NCBI RefSeq assembly: GCF_963678635.1
Contig: NC_087064.1
Coordinates: 32,617,028-32,681,027 of the forward strand
Origin: Symsagittifera roscoffensis
Taxonomy: Eukaryota
Reading direction: 5' to 3'
DNA: 64,000 nucleotides
The notes under the pieces are model-generated. The model had not been told where the DNA came from. It made no database searches and saw only the letters and a list, made by a program, of their open reading frames with translations. A program made the translations under genes and the position numbers. Positions 47,960-59,190 of this stretch are shown here, in pieces (position 1 is the first letter of the stretch; every line of letters begins with the position of its first letter).

Positions 47960-49480
47960 CACCGAGTTTAAAATAAGCAGCCCAATAGTGGTACGCTGTC
48001 AGGATTCCCCAAGGGGTTGCGAATTTGGCCTCCAATTAAGAATGCTCAAATCCTTTTAGTGTACGAGTGCGACGATTACAAAATAATTTACAAAACATGA
48101 AAATCCCAACTCTGTAGTTGGGTGCTTTCAGAGTACTCTCGAGGATTGCGAATCTTTTCTCCAAATGTGACGGCTCAAATCCTTGTAGTTTCCGAGATAT
48201 GACGTTTTTTGTGATTTTTTTTTTAAATTTTCAGAAAACTTAAACGAAATTTTTTTCTTAAAAATTTCACATTCTCAACCATGTATTTGGGGGCTATCAG
48301 AGTACTCTCAGGGGTTGCGAACCTTGCTTCCAATTATGACTGCCCAAATCCTTGTAGTTATCGAGATATGACTTTTTTGTGATTTTTTCAAAAAATTTTC
48401 AGGAAACTTAAACGAAATTTTTTCTTCAAAATTTCAAATTCTCAAACATGTAGTTGGGGGCTATCAAAGTACTCTCAGGAGTTGCGAACCTTGCCTCCAA
48501 TTATGGTTGCTCAAATCCTTGTAGTTTTCGAGATATGACTTTTTTGTGTTTTTTTTTTCAAAAGTTTTCAGAAAACACATTACAAAATATTTTAGAAAAC
48601 TTGGAATTCTCAACCCTGTATTTGGGTGCTATCAGAGTAGTCTCTAGAATTGCGAATCTTGTCGCCAATTATGACGGCTGAACTCCTCGTAGTTGTCGAG
48701 ATATGACGTTTTTTGTGATTTTTTCAAAAAAAATTTCAGGAATTTTAAACGCAATTTTTTGTTCATAATTTCAAATTCTCAAACCTGTATTTGGGGGCTA
48801 TCAGAGTACTCTCAGGGTATCGAACCTTGCCTCCAATTATGACTGCTCAAATCCTTGTACTTTTTGAGATATGACCTCTTTGTGATTTTTTCAAAAAACT
48901 TTGAGGAAACTTAAACGAAATTTTTTTCTTCAAAATATGAACTTCCCTTCCCTGTAGTTGGGGGCTATCAGAGTACTCTCAGGGTATCGAACCTTGCCTC
49001 CAATTATGACTGCTCAAATCCTTGTACTTTTTGAGATATGACCTCTTTGTGATTTTTTCAAAAAACTTTGAGGAAACTTAAACGAAATTTTTTTCTTCAA
49101 AATATGAACTTCCCTTCCCTGTAGTTGGGGGCTGTCAGAGTACTCTCAGGGTTGCGAACCTTGCCTCCAATTATGACAGCTCAAATCCTTGTAGTTTTCG
49201 AGATGACGTTTTTTGTGATTTTTTTGAAAAAGTTTTCAGGAAACTTCAACGAATTTTTTTTTTCAAATTCTCAACCATGTAGTTGGGTGCTGCCAGGGCA
49301 CTCTCAGTCGTTGCGAATCTTGCCTCCAAATATGACTACTCAAAAATTTGTAGCTCTCGAGATTTGACGTTTTCGGGATTTGACGGAAAATTGGAATTAA
49401 AAAAAGTTTATAAAGTTTGAAATTACCAACCCTGTAATTGGGTGCTGTCAGAGCACACTAAAAGCCTGCAGATCTGGTTT
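47960..49480. repeat. Satellite with ~165-177-bp unit, about 9 copies
   Basis: Recurring GGGGGCTATCAGAGTACTCTCAGGGGTTGCGAACCTTGCCTCCAATTATGACTGCTCAAATCCTTGTAGTTTTCGAGATATGAC...AAACGAAATTTTTTTCTTCAAAATTTCAAATTCTCAA, with landmarks at 48118, 48289, 48466, 48627, 48791, 48962, 49126, 49290 and 49443. Confidence 0.85.
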
Positions 49481-50455
49481 CCAATATATATGTGGTTTTT
49501 CATGAATTGTCAAAAATTCGAAGCACCGGAGGTGCGTTTTACGCTAGTTTTATTGATTTGACTGTGATTCTAGTCCAGATATGAGGCAATTATTTTAGGG
49601 GATTTCAAAAGCTCAACGTCTATTTTTTGATATATGTAATGTCTGTTGCTCACCTGGGCCAATCCAGATTCCCTGGCGCGGCTCGCTGACTCTGAACCCT
49701 GGTGACCCATATCCATGGGGTGTGCTGCTCTCAGTTGACCCGTAAGGTGGAGGTTGGACTCGACCAGTTGGTTCTTTGTATGTCGATGACTCATAAGATG
49801 GCGGCGCTGAGGCAGCCATTGATGAAATGCCAGAAAAACTCCTGCTAATTTCAAAGGGATAATTTGTACAGAGATAGGTTTAATAAATCAATTATACCAG
49901 TGTATCATTGATATCAGATAAATGATATAGTTTATACATTTTTTCCTTGAAGTAAGTTCTGTTCTTTAAACGAATTTTTTGTTGATAGACTAAGGAAGTT
50001 TTAAAAAACTAAACTATGTTGTGCTCCTAATCTATTGAAGATTATGCTGGAAAATATATGTTGCTTTTAAGCACCATATGGCGAGCATAGGCTTTAGATC
50101 AACACGCAATAGTTTTCACTTTAGTGCTCCTTAAAAATATGAATTACATTAAACTATGCCATATAATTGAATGATCCTTTGGTATAGCTCGACTGGTCGC
50201 TCTCGATAACAGACATTGTTCTGTTCCTAGATTTTTTAATGAAATTTTTTTTCAGATAGAGTATTCGACTAAAAGATTATATTAAAAAGATTAAACTGAA
50301 GCATTTTTCAAAGGTAATTTCGATGTGGATTCTAAAATTGAGAAAATAGCTAGGTAATTACTGGCAGATCATCAAAGGATGCAATATTAGATGGGTTACT
50401 GATGACTATCACGTTTTGAAATTCCAGTAGTTTTTAGTTTGGTGTTTCTTCAGAA

Positions 50456-50635
50456 ATGACTAAAATGCCGGAAAATAACAAAGAACGTAATCAGAGATTT
50501 AAAACGATGTTCAAATACGGCGCCTTTGCGGGAATAGGATGCATAACAGCTCCCTTTGTTGCAAGTTTTGGACTGTCTTTGATGGGCTTTAAGTCTGCAG
50601 GCATAGCTGCAGGTTCATTGGCTGCTACTTTGCAG
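50456..50635 (+). CDS. Exon 1 of an IFI6/IFI27 (ISG12, Ifi-6-16 family)-like small membrane protein gene
   Basis: MTKMPENNKERNQRFKTMFKYGAFAGIGCITAPFVASFGLSLMGFKSAGIAAGSLAATLQ followed by donor CAG|GTCAGT. Matches the family motif G-F-T-x-x-G-I-A-A-x-S-x-A-A (human IFI6, as I recall it: LGFTGAGIAANSVAASLMS ... GGLVATLQSLGAGG). Confidence 0.7.
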
Positions 50636-50959
50636 GTCAGTTCATTTACAAAATTGTTTTTAAAAAAATGCGCACTTTCTACCATAATTTTTCTCGACAA
50701 AAAGAGTTCAACAGGTTTTTTGTGATGCATTTTCACAATGGGATATTTGTTAACCAACACAGCTTTAGAATTGTTACCCTTGCGACAGCAAGTGTATTGC
50801 AATCGGGTACTAGACTTTTTTCCCGTAAACAACTTTGTCCACAGGGCTCATTGGACTCATTGCACTGGCGGTACCTCGGCTCATAATGAATTCAAGTTTG
50901 GTAGTGTCTCTTGCACACTTAGCTTGGTGGTAACAAATAGAGTTTTTTGCTTTTTCGGT

Positions 50960-51360
50960 TTATTGTCCGTCTGTTTATTTTTGTCGGCTTAGTTCCCGTA
51001 GCTCGATGGTTCAGCTTTATTCCAAGTTGCTGTAACCCCAATGCTTGAAACGACAAAGCCCGGAAGTTCGATTCCAATTGAAACTTGTTTTTCTTGCACA
51101 TAGAAAATTTTGGCTACTTTAGATTGTCTGCTTAGTTTTTCAGAAAGGACTTTTTTTGAAAACTTGGTTTTCTGTATAGCATTCTCAAAGCTCTTCGTAG
51201 AGTTTCTTATGGTGCAGGCAATTTTGTTCCGGATATTTTGGGCTTTTGTAGCAATTTTTGATGACAAAAACGACTTTTTGAATTTCCGTTTGATTTTCAT
51301 AGTCAATCATATTTGTATCGCAAATGGTGCGAAGTTCAGCTTCGCCTCGGTGTATCAATA
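50960..51360 (+). mobile_element. SINE-like copy (tRNA-like head ~51000-51085; GCGAAG tail 51325-51350) inside the IFI27-like intron
   Basis: CCCGTAGCTCGATGGTTCAGC...CCCGGAAGTTCGATTCCAATTG (A-box and B-box-like) ... GGTGCGAAGTTCAGCTTCGCCTCGGTGT. Confidence 0.45.
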
Positions 51361-53381
51361 ATGGCTTTAACAAGTTATTAAATGACGCACAATAACTTTT
51401 CTGCCAAAGTTCTTTGTTGTTCCCGAATAGCCGAAATATTTGCTTAACTATGGGACTTAAAATGCAAACTCTGATTCACGCCGTATAATTCTCTCGCAGA
51501 ATTTAAGCGCAGCGGAGGAAGAGCGCGGTAGTTGCCATCATCGTGTACTCAATAAGTATATTTATTTTGCTACATTTCAATATTTTTGGGTCAGATCCGA
51601 GAGAATTTTTTTGTGAGCGGAGTATTTGACTTTGTGACATGCACCCAAGTTATAGAGGTTTCAGAAAAAGTCCGGATGTGAATGGTTTATTGGTGTTTGC
51701 TATATTGACGTGAAAGCTCCCTCAGTTTTACGTTAAGGTTTTTTTTTAAAATGAAGTATGCCCTGATAGTGCATTCGGGTACTAGACGTTTTTCCCTTAA
51801 ATAACTTTGTTCACAGAATAGTCAGTTTTATAGAAACGATAAATTTCTGAAAGTTCAAAAGAACTAATCGTCATTTAGGTAGTCAATAGGTGGAGTCTGT
51901 TTCTGGTAAATTTCTTGAAAAAATGTCATTTTTTGCTGATTTGTTGTTTTCGGTCTAGTTTCCGATTTTTCATGGCTTTTGTTTGAGCTGGTTCTGTTTT
52001 TCAGCTTACTTTGTAAATTTTAGATTTTTTTATTTAAAATTTTTTGCTATAATTTCTCTAATTTGTCATTTAACCAAGTCTGGTTTTCATGAATTCATTT
52101 TTTTTTTCAATTAAAGGTTTGCAGCTTGTTTTATCGTCTTAGTCAGCTTATAATGCGTAGTTCTGAGGACACACAAGTTCATGTAAGAGAAATCAAGGTA
52201 TTATGAAAATGTATGGGATTCATTTTTCATTTTAATTAATTTTGAGATTTTTCGGAAATTTTTTCATTTATCGCTTAGATTTTAATTTTCCTCAAAAGCT
52301 ACTTCACCGATTTTCAAAATATTGGACCAATGGAAAGACCGGTTACTACATTGTGCGTCTGCATATTTTGCTAGTCATTTTTCTTTGCAGTACTCACCAT
52401 CGACGACCTTTGAAAATTTCAACGGGGGAATGTTTTTTTCGTTTTTTTTTTTGCTTTTTTTTCTCAGAATACCCTGCCAAATCTGAGATAAAGGTTTCAA
52501 TGGAAGGAAAAGATAGCAGGGATCTTTTTTACATACGCCGCTACGCGTTAATTTTTAAAGAAAGTCGCTCCGCTTCGCCTTTGTTTTTAAAATTGATGGC
52601 CAGGCTCTTTCCAAGACCAACGTGTTTTGACGATGCTCCCTTCTGTTATGAATCAAAATTTTTAAAAAGTTAAATCCGATTAGCTCTCATTTATTGCGTA
52701 AGTCAGGATTTAATTGCATTAAGTTGAGTGCAATACCGGGCAATCAAATTGCGTTGTCTTAGCAAAACAGAGAATTTACAAAGTAAATTTGAGAAATTCT
52801 CACATAGTTATAGAAAGGTTATTTATACATCTGAAAGGTTGATTTCGAAGACCGCGGATTGATGCAAGAAAACGAGGGAGAAATGCGCATTTTTTTTTCG
52901 TTGCATGTGTCGCATATGAAGTAATATCAGTTGATCTAAGACGATATTGATAAAAGTTCTAATGAAAATAGAGAAACAAATAGAGAACAAGAAAATTATT
53001 ATTTTTTTTCGATAAGAACATGAACTAAAAAAAAAAGAAATCATGACTACAATATAATGCAAATAAAAGCTAAAAATTAGAGTTAGTTGTTCTGTCATTT
53101 CTTGAGTATGCTATCACTTCCGTCAGAAAAACCACAGCTTTGAAAAAGATTTCGAAATATCTCGGAGCCTTATCAATCTCTTTTAGGCATATCAAGAACT
53201 CTTTCGTGTGTATTTCGCCGCTTATCCGTATTTTTTATTAGATTTGAATCATTATCCGAACAGTCTCAAAGTATTATCCGTTTCCGCAAACTATTGCTAC
53301 GGCCTCGAATGACCTTCCCCGTCTTGTCTGTTTTCGCTTCCGGCCCACAATATCTCCCATAAAAACCAACTGAACAATCTC

Positions 53382-54642
53382 GGGGCAGTACAACAGTGCC
53401 GAAGTACAACAGTGCCGAAAATGAAAACTTTGTTCAACAGTGCCGAAAAGGAAAACTTTGTCCAACAGTGCCGAAAGTTTGAATAATGTTCAACATACTA
53501 AGTGCGACAATCAAAAATTAAACAGCGATCGTTTACAATCTTCAGTAAAACTTTTAGATTTTGAGCAAGAAAATTTGCAATTTAGACGTTTTGGCGCCAA
53601 AATAATTGTTTATTTTGAAGTTGCAGACATATTGGCGCCAAAATTGGAGCGATTTTCTTTGATAATTAGCGTCAGTAATTTCCCGCTCTTTAGAAAATGC
53701 GTGTAAATTATTCTGCAATTTTCCCGCCATTTTCGGGCTCTTTTCCAGTTTCCCCCCCTTTCAAATTCAGTTTTGAAAAGCTTATTTAACGTTGTCATAA
53801 TGCAATGAAATTTGGCGTGCTGAACAAATCGACAACTGTGAACAGATTTGTTCTTCATACTTTACAGCGTAACATCACGCATTTAGCCGTAATAACACGT
53901 AGAACAAACATAAAACTCGGTATTTTGAAAGGGGGGAACTGGAAAAGAGCCCATTTTCGGCACTGTTGTACTTCGGCACTGTTGAACGCCCCCACAATCT
54001 CTCCCCTAGAATTGGGGGCGTTCAACAGTGCCGAATAAGGCGGGAAAATATCAGAATAATTCACACGCATTTTCTAAAGAGCGGGAAATTACTGACGCTA
54101 ATTATCAAAGAAAATCACTGCAATTTTGGCGCCAAAACGTGTAAGCTGCAAATTTTCTTGCTCAAAATCTTGAAGTTTTACTTAAGATTGTAAACGATCG
54201 CTGGGGGACCGACATTTTACCAGACCGACCTTTTACCAGAAAAGTTATAATATGGACCCTTTACCAGACTCGATAAACAAATTTGATTGACAGATGTATT
54301 GACGCCGTTTAGTCTGGTTAAAGACAAGGATTTCACGGTTTTTCAGCAAAGTTTTGTTTGTTCTAACCGCTTCTTTTTAGAATCTTCCACTAATTTAAAT
54401 TCATCTTAAACGAATTATGACATTTTGGTCTAATAAAAGGTCGGTCTGGTAAAAGACCTAGCCCCGATCGCTGTTTATTTTTTGATTAATGCACTTAATA
54501 TGTTGAAGTTTGTTCAAATTTTTGGCACTGTTGAACAAAGTTTTCATTTTCGGCACTGTTGAACAAAGAATTCATTTTCGGCACTGTTGAACAAAGTTTT
54601 CGTTTTCGGCAGTGTTGTACTTCGGCACTGTTGTACTGCCCC
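53382..54642. mobile_element. Composite non-autonomous DNA-transposon-like element with long TIRs carrying subterminal repeats
   Basis: The left end GGGGCAGTACAACAGTGCCGAAGTACAACAGTGCCGAAAATGAAAACTTTGTTCAACAGTGCCGAAAAGG... has four CAACAGTGCCGAA subterminal repeats. The right end 54520-54642 is its reverse complement (CGGCACTGTTGAACAAAG... x4 ...CTTCGGCACTGTTGTACTGCCCC). Inner arms 53525-53760 and 53925-54200 are also mutually inverted. A nested 75-bp mini-palindrome lies at 53970-54045, and a further inverted pair at 54196-54240 and 54440-54475. Confidence 0.65.
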
Positions 54643-54689
54643 CTAGAATTAAATGTAAATGACAAATTCAAGCTGTAAGGCTTGCAGGT

Positions 54690-55080
54690 GGCGTCCCTCA
54701 TGCTTGAAGAACCGAATGCTTGAAATTAATTTTAGCTTACTTTCAGCCAATCAGTAAAATCTCAAAGTAAATCGCGAAACTCTCAAAGTAAGAAAATAAA
54801 TCCAGGCCATTAGTGTTAATATTGACCGATTAGATAATAAGCAGATGAGTTTTTGAGATTGAAAAATTCTGATGATTTTGACCTCATTAATCTTGATGAT
54901 TATCTGAATAGTATTGCGGTTGTAACTCGCAATTTGTAATTTTTTTGATTATTTTCCACTGATTTAATACATTTTCTGTTAATATTGACTTCGATTTTGT
55001 GAGAAAGGCATTTAGCCAATAGAAACGCTTAGCGATTTGGATTGGTTAAAATTTTTCAAGCATTCGGTCCTTCAAGCCTG
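54690..55080. mobile_element. ~390-bp MITE-like element with ~40-bp TIRs
   Basis: 54690-54726 GGCGTCCCTCATGCTTGAAGAACCGAATGCTTGAAAT versus 55046-55080 CAAGCATTCGGTCCTTCAAGCCTGAG (reverse complement). The CGAAGGACCGAATG motif is shared with 56394-56475 and 57535-57560. Confidence 0.45.
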
Positions 55081-56035
55081 AGAACCCTCCCCAGGCCTGC
55101 ATATACTATTCACAAATCTCACTGGCTAATAATAGTACTTTTAAACGAGTGAGATATCTCGAAGAAGACGAAAAGAAGGAAACTGAAAGAGTTCGAAAAA
55201 CCAGACAGCAAATAAATGCTTAGAAAAATTAGTTGTTTTTCGAAATTCTTAGAAATCTGGTTTTAACCTCCAACTGACAACTCAATAATTTTGGAGCAGA
55301 AATATCCGACGAGCCTTGTATATTTTTGATTTAACGTTTTCGGGGCGCTTGTTTTTGCAGTAGAAATTTTGATTCCAGCTCATTTTTCGAAATAACTGTG
55401 AAAAGTTATACCATACTAATATAGATTTAATATATGAATAGTAGCTCTGAAGGTGGCCTATGTTTTTTTTGTAAACTATAAAAATCCGATTTATTTTGAA
55501 ATTTTGCTGCAGGCAAATTTTTCTGCGTGCTATTTAAAATTTCAATCGTTTATCAAGATAGCTGTAAATATTTCACATATTTGGTTTCAGCTACCGGACA
55601 CCCATCAAAATTGTATTTTTTGTGAAGAATATGAATGAAAGTAAAAAAGGTTTTTGATTTAGTCAGATTTATTCGGTTTACTTACTACCACATGGAAAAC
55701 TTTGAAAGAAATTCTTTCATTAAGACGGATGGGTCCTGTTTGCTAAACCGTTATGCAGATGACATCAGGAATGAACACAATTGAGGCCTTTGGTGCCGAA
55801 AAATAAGTTGTGATATCATTCAGGTGAAAAAGTAGAATAACCAACACTGATCCCTGCGTAACGACTTAAGCAATATTTGGCATTTAAGATTTTTTCTTGT
55901 TTTTTTTTCAGATATATGATTGGGTTAAATTTCCAACATTTCTTCTGATGACTATAGAGTGAAGCTTGTAGAGAATTATTCGGTGATTAACGGTATCGAA
56001 TGTTTAACCGAAATCAAGAAACAAGCAAACTTTGT

Positions 56036-56100
56036 ACCAATGGTCTTCTTACCATTGTACCAATTTGTTCTTTGTACCAATTTGTTCTTTGTACCAATTT
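56036..56100. repeat. Minisatellite, ~20-bp unit x3
   Basis: CTTACCATTGTACCAATTTGTTCTTTGTACCAATTTGTTCTTTGTACCAATTTCTTCTTAG. Confidence 0.7.
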
Positions 56101-56393
56101 CTTCTTAGTTGGTCAGCCAGCTGTAGAACTGATTGTATTTATGAGCAGTTTTTTATAAACTAAAATGGGAATTGCACGAAGTTTAGTTTTGATCAATGAA
56201 AGACATTAAACTTACTAATACGTTTTTTTTCCAGAATTTTTCTGAGGGCAGTTTGGGCTTTTAATATGGTGAACGAGCTGAACCCGCCCAACATGGGCTA
56301 AAGAAAGAAAGAACGATTTTTTTGCAGTCTCGTGTTAAAATCTATAGACCATATATTTTGTTAGTTGTCTTCTCAAACGAGGGCTATTCTCAT

Positions 56394-57560
56394 GCGCGAA
56401 GGACCGAATGAGCGAAAAAACTCGTGAACGGGGGCTATTCTCATGCGCGAAGGACCGAATGAGCGAAAAAACTCGAAAATAAAATTAGCCGAAAGGCAAT
56501 TTTTAAAAAGAAGCAATGGCCATTCAATTAAAATGAATTGAATAAAGCAATATTTTGCTTCTTTCATTACGAAACCCTTGAAATATAAAATTTGTCCGAA
56601 TTTTGCGGCGGTCAATGACAATTTGAAAATTTCGCATATTTCTGCAGTTTTTACAGTGCTGATTTAAATTAACCGGACAAAACGAGCAAAGCTTGAAATT
56701 TAAAACGCGTTTTTCTCAAATTAGGTTGAGTTTAGGTGAAAGCTTATCAAGACAAAACTAGCTTAAACTTTTAGCAGAATTAATATATTGTAATTTGTTT
56801 TGCGAAATTCGGGCCCAAAATTTTACCCCAATAATGGGTCATTTTGGCTTTTCTTAGTTAATAGAAAATTACGCCAAAAGTACCCAGTCGATCTAGACAT
56901 AATTATACCAAAGTGAGCCCCTTACGTAGCCCAACAAACAAGTCTCCAAAAAAATTTGCAAACCGTTTAAAACTTGTTTTAAAGTAAAAATTTGATGTTT
57001 TATATAGTAAAAACGACCTCTTTTGTCTATCAAACAAAAATAAATTAACTTATATAATATTTTGGAGAATATACTCTTCTTAAAGTTTGTTGGGCTACGT
57101 AAGGGGCTCACTTTGGTATAATTATGTCTAGATCGACTGGGTTCTTTTGGCGTAATTTTCTATTAACTAAGGAAGCCAAAATGACCCATTTGTGGGGTAA
57201 AATTTTAGGCCCGAATTTCGCAAAACAAATTACAATATATTAATTCTGCTAAAAGTTTAAGCAAGTTTTGTCTGATAAGCTCTCACCTAAACTCAACCCA
57301 ATTTGAGAAAAACGCGTTTTAAATTTCAAGCTTAGCTCGTTTTGTCCGGTTAATTTAAATCAGCACTGTAAAAACTGCAGAAATATGCAAAATTTTCAAA
57401 TTGTCATTGACCGCCGCAAAATTCGGACAAATTTTATATTTCAAGGGCAATATCAATACTCCAGTCACTAGAAATGTTTACTTTCTTTCCAAATTTTAGA
57501 TTAGTGAAATCTGATTGGCTGATTTTTGTTTTCGCGCATTCGGTCCTTCGCGTATAAGGG
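56394..57560. mobile_element. Outer palindromic MITE (~1.17 kb) of the CGAAGGACCGAATG family, carrying a nested insertion
   Basis: 56573-56653 is the reverse complement of 57369-57450 (..TTTGTCCGAATTTTGCGGCGGTCAATGACAATTTGAAAATTT..). The outer parts 56394-56475 (duplicated GCGCGAAGGACCGAATGAGCG) pair with 57530-57560. The inner foldback interrupts at a TA. Confidence 0.5.
56654..57368. mobile_element. Foldback element, copy 2 (715 bp), nested in the outer palindromic MITE
   Basis: Same termini as copy 1 (CAGTGCTGATTTAAATTAACCGGACAAAAC...CCGGTTAATTTAAATCAGCACTG), roughly 90% identical. Flanked by TA. Confidence 0.8.
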
Positions 57561-57851
57561 ATTCCACCTTCTCAAACTACTCGCGGACCGAGTTTGAGCA
57601 TATTATTACATAGGGGTCTATAATTGGAACTAACCTTTCTTACTCTCTTGCACTAATTTCAAAGTGTTTTGCTTTATCGGTTGTTGTCTTGTGCGGGACT
57701 GGGTTATTGCGTGAATGGCAAAAATTTTGATGGATTTTGTGTTAGCGTCATTTTCTGTCGTTTTGAAAACTAGCCGTTAATCATTAGCCGTCGTGATTAT
57801 TTCGTACAGCGTGTTTCTACGAATATGAATTTTAATTTTAGTGTTTTTTAG

Positions 57852-58124
57852 TCTATTGGAGCTGGTGGGCTTAAGCTGGGATCATACGTAATGCTTGGTG
57901 GAATGGGAGCTGCGGGTGGTGCTGGAATTGGGTACAAGTTAGACAGCGACAAAAGCTCCAGCGAAAAAACTATAGAAATTCAAGAAAACAAAAACTTCTC
58001 TTGGGCAGAATCAATAGAAGCCGGTGTCCAAAAAAGTTCCGAAGTAGTTGGAAATGCTGCGGGGAGCACATACGGCTATATTAAAAAAATCCCAAGCAAA
58101 ATTGGCAATCTGACTAAATTGTAA
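57852..58124 (+). CDS. Exon 2 (terminal) of the IFI6/IFI27-like gene
   Basis: Acceptor TGTTTTTTAG|TCT, phase 0. Encodes SIGAGGLKLGSYVMLGGMGAAGGAGIGYKLDSDKSSSEKTIEIQENKNFSWAESIEAGVQKSSEVVGNAAGSTYGYIKKIPSKIGNLTKL*. The junction ...GSLAATLQ|SIGAGG... parallels IFI6 ...GGLVATLQSLGAGG..., and GYKLDSDKSSSE parallels IFI6 YATHKYLDSEEDEE. Confidence 0.65.
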   Translation, partial: SIGAGGLKLGSYVMLGGMGAAGGAGIGYKLDSDKSSSEKTIEIQENKNFSWAESIEAGVQKSSEVVGNAAGSTYGYIKKIPSKIGNLTKL

Positions 58125-58133
58125 GCTGACGTT

Positions 58134-58700
58134 TAGTTTTTGGTCAAAATTAACTTGAAATTTCACTGTTATTCGATTGCTTCGGTGACAACAAATATGA
58201 ATTTCCATGAAAGTGAATTACGATTGCACATTTTCTTTTATTGCGATTTTCATAAACGGTTTAATATCGCTTGTTTTGTAGATTGACAGTTATTTATTTA
58301 ACAATAATTTATGTAGACAATTAGCTAATGGGGCTTAAGTGCAGGCGTTACTTACAAATGCTTTAGTTCTATCCTCTCCCATCGTCTATGTTGTATTATG
58401 GTTGAAATTTGTTGATAAAGAAAGAAAATATTCCACAACATAATTTATTTTCTTCATAAGTCATGATTAATCTTTGATTATAAGTCAGACTCTTTTGATT
58501 CTAGCATGCTTGAAAAAGTGAAGGAGTTATGACGGAGGTGAGTCTTTTTCTGCGATTTTATGTACCTCGTTGAAATCTTGTCGGGAATCCAGTGTGGCAC
58601 AACACTAAAACCATTTAAATCATGATCTGAATTACAAAAAGAAAATTTAAAAAAAACTATCTGATTTCTCTACTTTTTACTTTGGCGAGTGAATGAAGAT
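58134..58700 (+). repeat. Segment X: 3' flank of the IFI27-like gene, duplicated at 62838-63400
   Basis: TTTTTGGTCAAAATTAACTTGAAATTTCACTGTTATTCGATTGCTTCGGTGACAACAAATATGAATTTCCATG... to ...CTATCTGATTTCTCTACTTTT matches 62838-63400 at ~90%. The duplication starts 10 bp after the stop codon. Confidence 0.7.
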
Positions 58701-59190
58701 TCAAATGCCAATTTGATTCTAGATTCAGAATACATAATTGAAACTTATGTTCGTTCGTAAAATTGCATATAAATTGATCATTTTTTGTACTATTTTTTTC
58801 TTTGCAAATATTACTGTGGACGAAACATGTTTTGCTGTTTGCAAAGACACCAACTTCTATTTCTTGTTTATCCATCCAATTTATTATACAGAGTTTGAAT
58901 CAACCCGCAGAAAACTTTTTTCAATTTGGAACAATTAAGCTTTAAATATAAATTGACACTAGTTTGGAATAGCCTCGAAAATAGAAATCTATCTTTTAAC
59001 ACTTGGTGTTGATCAAGAATTAGCGAATAGGTTTATTGATTTCTTTGTTGACTAAGTTCGCAAACTAGCCCTTATCTTTATGCCTGATGCCAATAAGCTG
59101 GAATGTCTAATTCCACTAAAAAATTGCTCTTTTTGTTACACTAGCCAGCAGCGTTTTATTAATACGTACCTTCTTTTTTTTCTAATCTAA

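Noticed and set aside
52242-52673. 143-aa ORF
   Set aside because: Overlaps a dispersed repeat shared with 45790-46480 (GGTATTATGAAAATG...CAATGGAAAGACCG...). Low-complexity F/L-rich translation.
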